Shown here piece by piece: positions 11,538 to 24,220 of a stretch of DNA of 64,000 nt (positions are counted from its first letter, which is position 1; each line of letters starts with the position of its first letter). Source of the DNA: Phyllosticta citribraziliensis. Taxonomy: Eukaryota. The notes below the pieces were generated by a model. The model made no database searches and was not told where the DNA came from. It was given only the letters and a program-made list of their open reading frames with translations. Position numbers and translations under genes: made by a program. The stretch is from assembly GCF_038025025.1 (NCBI RefSeq), contig NW_027117351.1:62001-126000 (forward strand). Reading direction: 5' to 3'.

Positions 11538-13197
11538 TCACAAAAGACCACGCGTCTGGCACTCCGCCTCAACAGCACTGACGTCGCCCATCTGTGCCAA
11601 CACACCGTCGACGGCAAATTTCCTCACTTGGCCACCCTTCTCCTCGTAGGCGGCCCATCCGAGACGATCAAGCCCACTTTTGGGATCGCGCGCAAAGGCA
11701 ACCCAGGCATCTTGCAAATTGTGAGAAAGCTCGTACTCAAAAGCAGTCGAGTTGCCACGGAAGTCTGCATGAGTGCCGAAGATAAGGGGCAGTTCGCTAC
11801 TGTGGTACGCACCCAGCCATGGACGGGGAGAGATGTTTGTGAAATTGCCGTTGTAAAAGTAGCGGTGTGTGATGCGTCCAGCGGAAAGACGTTCGCTATG
11901 TAAACGTGAGTTGTATGCAAATTTTCGCGGCGCAACTGACTTACTACGTCGTTTTGGTGGTGGGACACCAGAAATACTCGTATGCGAGTGTCGTAGCAAC
12001 GGTCATGTTGGGACCATCTGCGCTGTATGGGGCCAGGAAGAGGCCTTCGGCGTCATTGAAGCCAATGAGAGCGGGCTGTGCCATGCGTCAACATTTGCCC
12101 TTTATCAAGTTCGGGAACATACCAAATTGCTTAGTTCCCCGTTTGAAGCCTTCTCGGTGTAGTTTTCAAAAACCAATTGGTCATCAATCATCGGAGCGAA
12201 AGTGATTGACGGGCTCTCTCCCGAATCTTCATACTCGGCAACAAACTTCTCAATCTTCCACGCGGGAACGTTGCACATGCATGCAAGTTCAGCTTGTGGA
12301 AATGTTTGGTTGCCACAGCCGAGGTTGGAAGCCACAAAGGAGAAGTTTGAGCCGGTCGTATCGGGGCTGAGAAGCTGGTTTAGGTGTACAGTACCCGAAT
12401 CCATGATCAATCCTTTGACGATGGGCTCCTCCGGGTACGCAAAGTTGTAGTAATCGACAGCGACAGCTCCGGCAGACTGTCCCCAGATGACCATGTTATC
12501 AGGATTGCCGCCAAACTGGGCAATGTTGTCGCGGATCCATTCAACAGCGAGACGCTGATCCATCAGCCCGAGATTCACTTCATCCAATCCCGCGGCATCG
12601 GGAAATCCGAAAATGTTGATACGGTAGCTAGACAAAGTTATTAAGAAGTAAAGAAGTTGAAGATGTGGCTCACTTGAAAGTCACGACGATATGTTCCTTG
12701 GTCCTCTGCACCCACTTGTCCGGAATCTGGTACGGGACATCTTCGCCGCCCGTTGCAAATCCGCCACCATAGAACCAGATGAGCACCGGCAGACTCGCAT
12801 TACTGCTTACCGCAGTTTGAGGAGTCCATACACTGGCAGTGAGGCAATCCTCGCTCATACCCGAGGTGCCAATCATGAATTGCGGAGCATCAGTTCGCAG
12901 AACGCCAGGTTGAACTGACACGTATTGCCAGCAAGATGGTGGTAATTGTGTCGAGTTGATCACTTCCTTGCCTGACGCCTGGTATGCCTGCGGTGGCTCC
13001 CATCTCAGCGCATCAAGTGGAGGTCGAGCGAAAGGAATTCCCAAATACTGTGCGACATCGGGAGATGCAGTTTGGTTGACTTTGCCGTGGACAGTTATGC
13101 CGTTGTCGAGGTGAACAATCGGTGCAGATCCAGAAACAAGAGCGGCCGTCGCTGCAGTAAAGAACGCAGAGCCCATGCGGACGGAAGGACGCTTCAT
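11538..13197 (-). CDS. Secreted type-B carboxylesterase (cholinesterase-like alpha/beta hydrolase); exons 13197-12674, 12627-12123, 12075-11945, 11895-11538
   Basis: YLGIPFA, SEDCL, WFYGGGF oxyanion motif, spliced VVTFNYRINIFGFP, nucleophile GQSAG, acid in GFNDAEG, catalytic His in GAYHSSEL; three canonical introns. Confidence 0.9.
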
Positions 13198-13570
13198 GGC
13201 GACAGTGGTTGCAAGCTCAATTCAGGGGGCAAGGGATGACCACGCAGGATTACCTCGAATTTATACTTACCCCACGCCCTGAACCCTTTGAAGGAACACG
13301 CGGGGGTCGGATGTTTTTTGCGACAGCGATTCGGCTCTGAAGGGCAATGATGACCAGATCCACCGAGAATTGGGCAAAACCGCCGGCCGGCACGAGTCAT
13401 CTGCAGACCCACTTGGTATACGGCGCTCCGCATTGCCGTACTCAGATTGAATCAGAAAATTGACCATTGAACGACATTGTTGAAGCGGATGGACTGTGAT
13501 TGAACGGGCTCTGTCGCGCTTCAGGTACAAACACCTCACTTCGGAAAGACGAAACTTGTCGGTAGTCTGT

Positions 13571-13991
13571 CTACTCTCCGGAGCCCCTATGACAGAGAGA
13601 TCAGTAAAGCTGTCAATGCAGATTGATGTTGCCTTCGATCTTACCAAACGGCGCAGAGCGCCAGGACAAGCAACACCAGGTCCCTGCATATAATCATACA
13701 CAGCGATGCCCGTGGATTCATCGATGGCTGTAGTGCGTTTTCGAGGTGCACATGGATCATGATCCAGAAAGGGAGGATCATTCCGAGAGGCCAGAAGTAA
13801 TTGGGAGTTTCCCCCTCAAAGACGAGAATCAAAATCACGACAAGAGCCAAGGTCAAGCTGACAGATGCCATCGCCCAGCGCCTTGTTTCGTGGGTCGGTC
13901 GGTTTCGTTCCTTTCCATACAGTCCAGCTTCCAGGTTTGAAGTGACAAACTCGGGCCTGCGACGGGAGGTTGCAACACGCGCAGTATCCAT
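13571..13991 (-). CDS. Possible small orphan membrane protein (3 hydrophobic segments); intron 13644-13587; start uncertain
   Basis: MDTARV...NLEAG...WAMASVSLTLALVVILILVF...WPLGMILPFWIMIHV...LVLLVLALCAVW|GSGE*; plausible GTAAG...ACTGAT...TAG intron; no family recognised. Confidence 0.35.
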
Positions 13992-14622
13992 TTTGTCCTC
14001 TGCACGACGGCTCGGGAAGCTTCGACATGTTGGGCGATCTCGTCTTCGCCGATGGCGGTTCTCGTCTTGGAGGAGATGCTCGTCGTAGAGCAGGATTTGT
14101 TGGTAGCCGAGCAGGGTGGTGAGAGAGAAGAGTCCGACATGATATGTCTCGATCTGTTGAGATGGTAGTGAGGGTGAGGGAAGCGGTAGGCGCGAGGGCC
14201 TATTTATGCCTTCCGTTTCTCCGGGTTGAAGACTCAACATCCAACCTTGGTTCGGTGATCGCATCGCGCCCGATGGAGCAGAGGGAGTCAACACTTCAAA
14301 TCAACAACACGCCCAAGGCACGTCGCGAGGAGGAAATGCTTTTTCATCCAAACGGTTCAAAGCGGGCTTCCACTTCGACGATGATGGTTCGAGGAAGGTC
14401 GACGCCAAGCTGTGGCATGATCCGGGTCCCAAACAGGAAGCCACGCTCGACGGCGTTGACAATGGAAAGCACCCACCCAGCCCATCGTCGACCGAGCGGA
14501 CCACGTCTTCTCCAACATCCACCTCTTCTGTCCTCATGAAACTCTCCAACGCCTGAGTCCTCTCTCCTCATTATTACGTATCATACTCCACGTCCAGAAT
14601 TGAACACCTGGTTCCTAGCGGC

Positions 14623-17600
14623 ATGGGGTTTCTCGACGGCCCCTGTTATTCCCCCGAAAGTCGCGGGCCGTACATTGGTGGCTGCAGCCTTGCGTTGTTT
14701 TGTCTGGCTGTCGCCTTTGTTGGATTGAGGTCGGAGTCCAATGGCATTCTTCCACGATATGCCGTCCTAACGTATCGAGCGCTCCGCTGATCGATACAGA
14801 CTCTACAGCCGCTTCATTGTTACTGGGACCCCTGGACTGGATGACCTATTCATCATTCTCTCGACTGTAAGGTTTCTTCCCTCCAGGATAAGCCCTAATT
14901 GATCCGAGCAGATCTTCCTCATTGGGCAGACTTTTACCATGATGATGCAAGTCCAGTCGGGCTGGGGAGAGCATGCGTACCTCCTGTCCCTTTATCAGCT
15001 CGACAGGAACCAAATGGTAGGTCCCACCCTAGGACAACTCTGGAGTGCTGACGTCGGAAAGTACCGATACCAGTTCATCATCATCAATTTCGTGGTCGCT
15101 TTGTGAGCGCTTTCGAGTCTCTCTTCAACGTATGGGAGCTGATCTCACAGCTTCACCAAGCTCTCCATCTGCTGGCTCGTCTTGCGCATGACAGCCGGCG
15201 CTACCACTTTTGGGAAACAGTACCGGCTGGCCATCAAGATCCTCATGTGGTTTCTGGTAGTCCGAGTGGTTACGACCGTCATTGTGAGTTCCGCTTCCAA
15301 ATGTCAAGCCCGTCTCACCTGTCGTCAGGTCCAAATCATTCCCTGCTGGCCCATTTCCAATTTCTGGCACCTCGAGACCAGGCCGTATGGGTGCTTCGAC
15401 CTTTTCGCCTGGATAATCTCCACCAGCTTCCTTGAACTCTCGACTGACATTGCCGTTGCTCTGATTCCCTTGCCGCTGGTATACATCGTGCGTTTGGGCA
15501 CCTGCGAGAGGATGATCCTGTTCGGTCTCTTCATCACCAGCATCATACCCGCTGTTTTCGGTTTGACGCGGACCGTCCAGCTGATTCAATGGGCCGTTGA
15601 CATGGACGAGAGATCGCTCATCCAAAGCGACTTCAGCTGGTAATGCGTTCTCCCTTTGATTTCTTCGACTGACATCATCAGGCGCTGGGCTCTAGTCCCA
15701 TTCTGGAGTCAGGTGGAATCCACCGTCGCCGTCATGGTCTCCAGCACCCCGATGCTTTGCCCTCTTTTCAAACGTTGGGCTCCTGCTTTCTTCACCAAAG
15801 CCTCCAAAGCTTCGTCGCGTAAGCGGCCTCACTCTCTCATTGAGGCTGAAGAAGGAAGACATCGCAAATCTTCCGGCAGTTTCGCTGGTCGCAGCGCTCT
15901 CTCGCACAAGATAAGGATAAACACATCCTCAAGGTCGCTGCCAATTTCCTCGGTGCACTTGAACATCCACTTACCACATCCCCAACTGCGTACGCCGCGT
16001 CTACGACTCGGCCAACAGGGCCGTTCTCATCGTCCTGATCCTCCCCCTCACATCTTTTCTTCAGGCAAACTGCCCGAAAGCTCACTCTTTCATCATCCGG
16101 GGCCGAGGCCAGCGTCGATACGTCCACAACCCCGCGCAGCAGCTCCTCGTCGCGAAAGTCTGTCTCGTGTGATGCCGCAAGCACGTCCAAAGACTACCCG
16201 CACGCGATCCCTCTTCGAGAGTCCCACTTCGGAACTTTCCGACAGCTCCATCTTTCCCTACGGAGTCTCACGATCAATGCCGGTGCCAGAGGCAACGGAG
16301 GCGGAAGAAGACTGGCTAACCGCGTATGCGTTTGCGGTAACGACACCAACGGGCCCGACGCTCACGCCATTGGCCGAGGCGGCTGAGACGACACCAAGGT
16401 CGTCCACGACACAGAGCACCAGGTGTCCTTCGGCCAAGATTTCCAGTATGGTGCGCAGCAAAAGCAAGAGTCGTCACGACATGGAAGAAGACGATGAGAA
16501 CGAGGTACGCGGAGAGTGGCGAGAGGAAATGGACAAGGAGCGAACGGCGACGAACGCGCGGGCGCGACGCGTCATGGGCGAGAGAGGGTCGAACGACACT
16601 GGACCCCCCGGGAGGCAGTGGAGGGACGAGTGGTGGGGAATGCTCGGCTGGAGACACGGTGCTTCGAACAGCACCATGAGCAACTACAGCGGCGAGCCCA
16701 AAGTGGTGGCAAAGGCCAAAGATGACGACGTTGTTTCCGTCGTGGACTACGCCATGTCGAGCGACAAAGGGGGAGCTGTCGTCGGCCCCTTCAATCCGAC
16801 GCGACGGTTCAGTACGACGAGCGCCGTGAACAATGGCGGAGGTGGGAAAAAGAGTTGCAAGGCCAAGGAACAAGACGACAGGCGCAGGAAAACGGTTGAT
16901 GGAAGAGTTGGTGCGGCACCGGACGACCATCACGATTCCTCTACCACCCCAACCACGACAACAACCACTGCCACCGCGACGTCCTCGTCACCATCACCGG
17001 CTTCGACCGCACGCGATACCAGTCCGTCTGCTCCAGTGCCCCACCGACCGAGCCATGCCAGCGCGACAGATTTCGGCCTCGAATGCGGCGGAATCCTCCA
17101 CTCGTCGGCTTCAGCGCCATCGATCCCAAAATCTCCATCTGCGCCGAAGCATGCCACAAGCCGAAGGCGTCGAAGCGACAGCGACAACAACGGATTGTTC
17201 GAGACGTCAGGCCACTTCCAGCACCGTGACGCCTCGCCCATCGGACTTCCTGCGTCACCGACCCCGGTCTCAGACGTCAGCGGCAAGACATGGTGGATGG
17301 GTGGCAGCGGTGGCGGCGGCATCACAAAGACGGTCGACTGGTCCGTCCGCCGCGGCAGCGGGGCCAGCTCGGCAGGCAAACAGGTCCGTCATCAGGAAAT
17401 CATGCGCTCGGGCGGAAGCGACTGGGAGCTCGGTGGAGGTGGAGGCGGCGGCGGCACGAACTCTGCCTCTGCGTCCGCTTCCGGTCCTTGCGGTGAATAT
17501 GCTGGTGCCAGCGACAGCTATGGCGATGCCGCGGATCATGCTGCTGCCAGTGCGAGTGCGACTGCAAGTCCTACGACGGCGACGCGGTGGGGCTTGGGTT

Positions 17601-17656
17601 GGATGAGACGTGACCGTTCGGGGAGGGGTGGTGGGCTGACGGATTCGTTGGAATAG
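14623..17656 (+). CDS. PTH11-like (rhodopsin-domain) GPCR-type membrane protein with a very long low-complexity C-terminal tail; 7 exons
   Basis: Hand-spliced ESRGP...LAVAFVGLR|LYSRF...GLDD...GWGEH...TKLSICWLVLR...CWPISNFW...C...TDIAVALIPLP...WSQVESTVAVMVSSTPML, all PTH11-family hallmarks; last exon 15682-17656 is uninterrupted. Confidence 0.85.
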
Positions 17657-17980
17657 CTGGCGGGTCGGAAGATTGGTAGGTACGAGATTGGATTAAAATG
17701 TATATTGGACATGCGCTGGCGCGACGAAAGGGACGGAGGTTTTCAAGTTCATTTTGACGGCAGGCGATCAGCCAGCTCGCGGCCCGTGGCGTGAGGGGAG
17801 AGATGGCTTGAGCAGCTACCTACGACAGGCCCGTTTGCATGTCGGGTGGACGTACGCCGGTCAAGTCAAGTTGTTGTACCAAGAACGTCTGTAGAAAGAG
17901 GGTATCAATTATCGACTCGACTTCCTACCCCATCACCACACCACCACCATTGAAGAATGTCTCCACCTACCACATCACCC

Positions 17981-20881
17981 CTAAGCCCTCCAATTCTGCA
18001 CCAGCCCGTGCAGCCGGTCAATCACGACCGGCATGACCGCAGAGACACTATCCTGGATCAGCGCCTCGAAGTGGCGAATCGCCTCCTCCTCGCCGACGTC
18101 GAGACACATGCGCTCCTGGACCTTCCAGACGGCCTTGTCGCGTTCGATTCTGATATCCGGGACGTTGGCCTCGCGCATGAGCGAGAATAGGTTGAGGATG
18201 AGCGAGCTCTGCTTGCGCAGCGTCGAGTACGCGGTAAAGCAGTAGGTCTTGAAGGCGGCGTAGTTGGGCGACGACGGTCCGCCCATGCCGGCTATCATCA
18301 GGTTGTCCAGCTTCATCAGCGGCGCGAATGGCTTGGGGTCGCGGCCGAGGATGTAGCCAAAGTCGGCGTGGAAGAAGTGTCCGGACGGCGCGAGGAGCAG
18401 GTTGTCGAGGTGGCGGTCACCCACGCCCAGCAGGTACGTGATGACGCTGTAGCCGGCGCAGGACTTGACGTACGTGTCCATGGCTTCCTTGCGTACGCCC
18501 AGGGGCGCCGATTCGTCTGGGTTGTTGGCCCGCAGGTATGATAGAATGCTGCCTTGGCCTTTGTATTTGGTGACGGCAGCTGCCAGCGACGTGGAAGGCA
18601 CGAACTGCACCAGTCCGGCAGACGTCGAGGTCGCGAGGATGCGGTACGGAGACAGTTTGAGATCGAGGTTCTCTTGCCGCAGCAGCCGGTCCATGAGCGT
18701 GATGATTTGGATGACCAGCTGGTCCTGGCGCAGGTCGTCGCCTGTCTTGAAGATGACGGGGTATTTGGCGCCCGTGGTCGTCTTGAAGTTGACGAGGAGC
18801 GGGTACAGCGAGGACTTGAAGACGTTGCAGTCGTCCGGGAAGCAGCCGACGACTTCGACCGACGGGTCCAGAGGCAGCGGGAGTGGCGGGTCAATGTGGA
18901 CAAGTTCATTCCTCGGTTCTGCCAAAAAGTGTTTGAGGCGTTCGATCTTTCGTGGACGATCTTCCCGCGAAAACCGAATTTCCTTGGAGATTTTGGAGAG
19001 GACTGTGATGAGCTCGGCTTGTCTGAGGAGAATCTTTCGCCGGCTCGGGCCCTCTGGCAATTCCACGAGCGTAGTCATGAAATCGTATTCCACCTTGGCG
19101 AAGAGCTGGCGATGCTCGGAGCCCTGCTCGGGGCTTCGATCGTCGCACTCGACCATGAGATACCAGTGGAAGAAATTGCCCAGCTGGAGGTTGTTGGATG
19201 CTCTGGCGATGAGGAACCGCGCAAGGGAAGAGTCTCCTGCAGAATCGCCATCCGACGCGAGTTGCACCGGCTCAAACTTGAGTGCCTGTACGAGCTGAAG
19301 CAAGTACATTTGCAGCTCGTCGTCGTCGGCTTTTCGAAGTCGGTCCACAGCAAAAGATCGGACTGCGGGATGGTCGAATGTAGGACCAAGAAGCTCTAAA
19401 GCGTCATCAACATCGATTTCGGCCCATTTCGAAAGCAGCTGGACAGCTTGTCGGGCTTCGGCTGGTTCGCTCCAGGATACCGACTTTACGAATTTGGTCA
19501 AGGCCTAGAAAGGTCAGCGTAGCGTAGTGGCAGTGTCGATGACTTACCCGTTTATCCCGAGTCAAATGGTGTCTAAATTTCCACACCATGTCTTTGTCGT
19601 CGGCACTAAGTTCTTGTGTGGGTCCATAGGACATGATGACCTGACATGGTTAGCAGCGTCACGAGGTGAAACAAAACACTCACATTGAGCTCGTCTCTTG
19701 CTTTGGCGTTGGGCTTCATGTCACGATCCATGACTCCTGTACGGTGGTTTCGCACCAGTCTTCGATGCTTGCTCTCTGCTGGATTGTCCCGAATCCCAAC
19801 CTCTGGATCGTAAATTCGGATGAGCCTGCCAGCATCGGGGTCTCCGTAGACGCTGCCGTCGGCGTTGATTCCGGGGCCAAACGAAACCTCTGGGGGTGGC
19901 TTTAGGCGGATGTCGGAGAGGGAGGATGATTGCAGCGTTGAAATGGGCGGTGCAGGATATTCGCTATCGGTATAAACTATAGGGTGGTCGAATCGTGGGA
20001 ATTCAATGTATAAAAAGAACTTTTCGTCGTCCAAGATGTCGTCATCACTCTCATCTTCTTCGTCCTTGGATGCTGCCGTTTGCCTGCCAGGCTTTGGTCG
20101 GGTGCGAAAAGTGTTGCGTTCCAGCTGTTCCATCTTGCGAAAGACCATCTGGTCCAGCCACCTGTTTTCGGGGATCTCTCCCATCTCATGCTTCTTCATG
20201 AGCACCTCGAGCCTCTCCATCTCTGTGAGGCCCTCGTCGACCTCTTCGGTAGACTTTCCATGACGCCGCTTTCGCCGACGCGCCGGTATTATATAGGGTG
20301 TGGTCGAAGATGAGAGGCCGTCTGCTGCTCGGTGTCGATGTATCCGACATCGCTGCCGTCCTTTTTGCAGAGTGTTGTCATTGTCGAAGAGAGGTATCGT
20401 CGTGCCGCCGAAGGGTATTGCGTGGGACTGGGAGTCTTCGCCGCCGGTTGGAGACAGGTCCCAGACGGTCAGGGCGAGTTGGGAGGATTGAGGGATGGTC
20501 GAGTAGTCGATGGGAAGCGTCAGCCACTCATTCCAAAGCCTGGACGACTTGAATGATTTGTAGCTCGTCTGGACGGCAACGGTGAGAGGCTTGCTGTCGG
20601 CCCATAACTGCGCGGTGACGAACAGTTCCGAGTGAGGGCTGTGGATGGAGCATCAGGCAAGAAGCTGCGGTGGATTGGAGGACCAATACCTGAGGTTGGA
20701 TCCAGTATGCCTGAGTTCGGGGTTCTTGAGCAGGGTTGAGAATGGTATCGGCTTCTGGTGGCCGTCGAGGTTGTTTCTGGAGGCAGTCAGCTCGAGTGCA
20801 GAGGAGCTGGCGAAAGACCTACATCCTGACGTGGACAGGCAGCTCGAGCGCAGAGGAGCTGGCGAAAGAAAAGGGCTCCAT
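17981..20881 (-). CDS. VPS34: Class III phosphatidylinositol 3-kinase; introns 20822-20777, 20689-20639, 19683-19641, 19547-19505
   Basis: C2 domain (LFVTAQLWADSKPL...WNEWLTLPI), PIK helical domain (LYLLQLVQALKFE-type), kinase motifs FKTGDDLRQDQL, LGVGDRHLDN, HADFGYILG, terminal HGLVQNWRA. Confidence 0.96.
20784..20869. repeat. 34-bp direct repeat (32/34 identical): one copy in VPS34 exon 1 (20836-20869), one forming most of intron 1 (20784-20817)
   Basis: Minus strand TCTTTCGCCAGCTCCTCTGCGCTCGAGCTGCCTG vs TCTTTCGCCAGCTCCTCTGCACTCGAGCTGACTG. Confidence 0.92.
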
Positions 20882-21209
20882 GGTGTGAGGATGGATGGCG
20901 TTGACGACGGAGTGAAGCTTGGTTGGGATGGGAGGAGCTACGGGCAATTCGGTCGACGCTGACAAGGAACCCGACGACTAGTGGGGAAGCGACGCGCCGT
21001 GGGCCCGACGAGATGGACCAGATCACGACCGCGCGACCCGCATCGCGTCTCGCGAAGCTTTCGGCGCGTCGTCCTGTTCCCACAACAACAACCTTGGCTC
21101 GCCAGCTGCTCATCTTCAGAGCCGCCCAGTGCCTTCCATTGTCCACCGCCGGTTTCGTCTTCCCGTTTGCTGTTTGACCACTAGACCCTTCGCTCCTTCC
21201 ACCGTCAAC
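20882..21209. promoter_or_regulatory. Bidirectional VPS34/NSE4 promoter with a cluster of CGCG (MCB/SCB-like) cores at ~20991-21069
   Basis: 328-bp head-to-head spacer; ACGCG, CGCGCG, TCGCGT, CGCGAA, CGCGT within ~80 bp. Confidence 0.5.
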
Positions 21210-22818
21210 ATGGCGAGGCTCAACACCAGTATCATCCCTCAAAAGTCTCCATCGCGAAGCCGGGACTCGTCCATCTATCGCGACCCTACTCCACCTGGCG
21301 AGCAAAGTCGGGTTGCCCAAAGGCCAGCGCGCTCCACCCGCTCGGCCTTTTCGCCGTCGGCCGCGTCCTCGTCTGACAAGGAAAATTCTGGCCACCCTTT
21401 GTCGAGCCCGCGCCTTACCATGGACAAAGGCAAAGCCCCTGCACGCTCTCCAAGCACGCTTCCCACGCCAAATTCCGACCAGCAGACTCCCAGGCCCAAC
21501 AAGCGCCGAAGACTGCAGGACAGAGACGCGCGCGACGCGTCTGCTCTCCCTTCAACCAATGGAGAGTCCGTCAACGATCTTCAGTTCTATGACCCCGACC
21601 AGGACCCGGATGAGAGGCGCAGGTTGCGCCAGGAGCAACGCAACCTCTATCGTGACTTTAACGGTCCGCGTGTGCCTCGTCCCATTTTCGACGCGTTGCT
21701 AACACGGAGCAGACCAGCGCGATGAAATCCTGGCCGAAGATGGCACGTCCAAGCTGGACGACCTCGTCGACCGAGCAAACGACACCTTTGACAAGGTCAA
21801 GCAGACGGCTGATGCTACCCTCGACTCGCGCTTGATGATCCAAGCCAGTGAATTGACGTTGAAGAAGACCACCCAACTTGTCATGGGCGACAGCTCTGCC
21901 GGAATCGACATTGATGAATTCGTGTCCAAGTGCATCACATTCATGCAAAGGGGCGGCGACTTTGACGAGAATGCAGACGTCCAGCCTCTCTCCACGCAAG
22001 CCCACGCCCGTAGGCAAGCCGCTCGGAGGAACAACGATGACAGCGAGGACGAACAGGAAGAGAGCGGCGATGCCTATGCTTGGGATGTGCTGGGAGAGCA
22101 AGCATGCTTTTCGCACAATCAGAGACCTCCTGCGCCTGGATTTCTCCTTGGTCCCCTTTCCGTCCAGAAGCGCGTGCGCCCCACGCAGACAACGCAACGG
22201 CGAGGCCGTCTTCGCCATGACCCATCGCAGGCCAAGCGTCCCCAGTCTCTGGAGCCCGAGGATATCCAGCGCAACGAAAACAACAGCGCAATGGCCTCAG
22301 CTGGAAAGATCAGGGCGCAGCTGATAGAGCAAATTGACGCACGGACCCAGGCCTTCGAAGAAGAAATCTCGCAGATGGAAGAGGACATGTCTGATGACCA
22401 AGTTGCGCAGGTGATGGAGAAGCACGGCCTTTACGCCGTGAATGAGGAGGCCAACTTGAGCCTGTTCGAGTTCTTTGTCAATCCTCACTCGTTTGGACAA
22501 ACGATTGAGAACATCTTCCACATTTGCTTCCTTGTCAAGGAGGGTCAGGTTGCCATCCGTAACGATCAAAATGGGCTTCCAACAATCTGTGAGCATTACC
22601 TTCCATTCTGAAAACGTCAACTGACTGTTCCAGGCCCAGCAGGCAGTGGTGGACGCAGCGAACAAGAGGCAGCCGCTGCTCAGAGGTATCAAGCCGTATT
22701 CAGTCTCAACATTGCCACTTGGAAGAAGCTCATTCGCGCCTACGACATCCGGGAGTCCATGATTGCACATCGACAAGAGGACCAGTCGGCGCGGACGGTG
22801 CGGGGCTGGTATGGCTGA
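21210..22818 (+). CDS. NSE4: Smc5/6 complex kleisin subunit Nse4; introns 21664-21712, 22589-22633
   Basis: YDPDQDPDERRRLR, VKQTADATLDSRL, GFLLGPLSVQKRVR, LFEFFVNPHSFGQTIENIFHICFLVKEG, QAVFSLNIATWKKLIRAYDIRESMIAHR. Confidence 0.92.
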
Positions 22819-24220
22819 GTTTCCAACATTTTTCAGTGAGCTCTTCGGCACTTGAGGCGTTCGGATTCAGCTCAAGTCTGATTGCTCTCCGCATTACTTT
22901 TATTCATGATACTCGCGGCAGTAAAGCTTTGGAGACAAGCGTCGAGACTCGGACGTTCTGTTCATGTAAGTACGACTTGTTGGAGTAAATCGGTTGTATG
23001 GTTTGGCGTTTTACACAGGTGGCTTTTTGCATTCGATGTCAGTTCTATACCTCGATGGGGTCGTTCAGGCGTAATGATACACTATCCTCTGTCCTTTTTC
23101 ACTAGTCATCTTCACACTTGTCCTACACAATCATCGGCATAGGCCCAATCGGAGACCATGTCCATCATCGAACAATTGATATGCTAATCCTCGCACCTCT
23201 GGCGCCCGAGAGCCGACACTTTCGTCAGCCACTTCCGTCGTGCGCATCCCCACACGGCTCGACCCGCTCCCCGCATTCTGACGCTTGCAGCAACACCAAG
23301 CACTGAAATCTGGGGTAGACTTTTGCGCATGGACGACCAAACACTCGCTGGCGGCACGACACTGGAGCGCTCACAGCTCAATGAAATCCCTTTGCAGCGA
23401 GGAAGAAACGCGGCACGCATCCCAATCTTCAGACAATGAGCCCTGACAGTCGACCTCAATCGCCGATTTGGAAGACGTTGCAGGAAGAGACCTTGCACTG
23501 GCTGCCGAAGGGTGAGCTCCGTGCAGCTGAATCTACGAGCCGACTTTTGGGAAAGATCGATGCATCTTTCGGCATTCACAGTTGTCACCAACAATTCGCG
23601 GTCGGAAGGAAGCGATGACATGAATTCAAGGCAGGTGCCCCTCTCTCTGACCCCATCATGTTCGCGAACGCGCAAGCTCACAGGGCAACGGTGTAAAAAA
23701 GAACCTCAACCCCACGTACCACACTGTGGGGACCTTCTCAGATTTCCCCTGAAATCGCTTTTCCCCGCATGAGATCCACCACATCCTTGCGCAGACCCCA
23801 CATGAAAGCCACTCCCACCTGTGGCGTCCCGCATCAATGGTCTCGCTGTGACAGCTCTCGCACTAGCCAGCGCACCTGCGTCGACTATTCACTCGGGGGC
23901 GCCTTCCTTGTTCCCCGCTCTCGAGACTACCTCCAGCTGCTGATTCGCCCTTGACGGTAATGCTCCAACTCGAAGTGGAGAATTAGTGTCAAGCCGGAGA
24001 AATGCTCGCACCGGTTCCGAATCGACGATACCCTGCTGGCTCATTCGGGTGATGAACTCGTCCACACGTGTGAGGACGAAGAGTTAAATTGCAGCTCAAC
24101 CGCCGCAGACGCGCAGACAACCGTCGTCCGCTCCCCCTGCAAACACATCCGAGTCTCAGCAAGACCTTTGAGTTGCGGAACCACCCATTCGATTACCTGG
24201 TAAAAGCCGTTTCGAATCCA

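Noticed and set aside
14730..14799. Atypical GTCGGA donor with an internal CTAAC, a possible nested (twin) intron
   Set aside because: Removing an internal segment does not reconstitute a better splice site; a single 70-nt intron explains the frame.
23329..23520. RRCRKRPCTGCRR peptide resembling a Zn2Cys6 start upstream of the dioxygenase
   Set aside because: Preceded by an in-frame stop and lacks the remaining cysteines in correct spacing.
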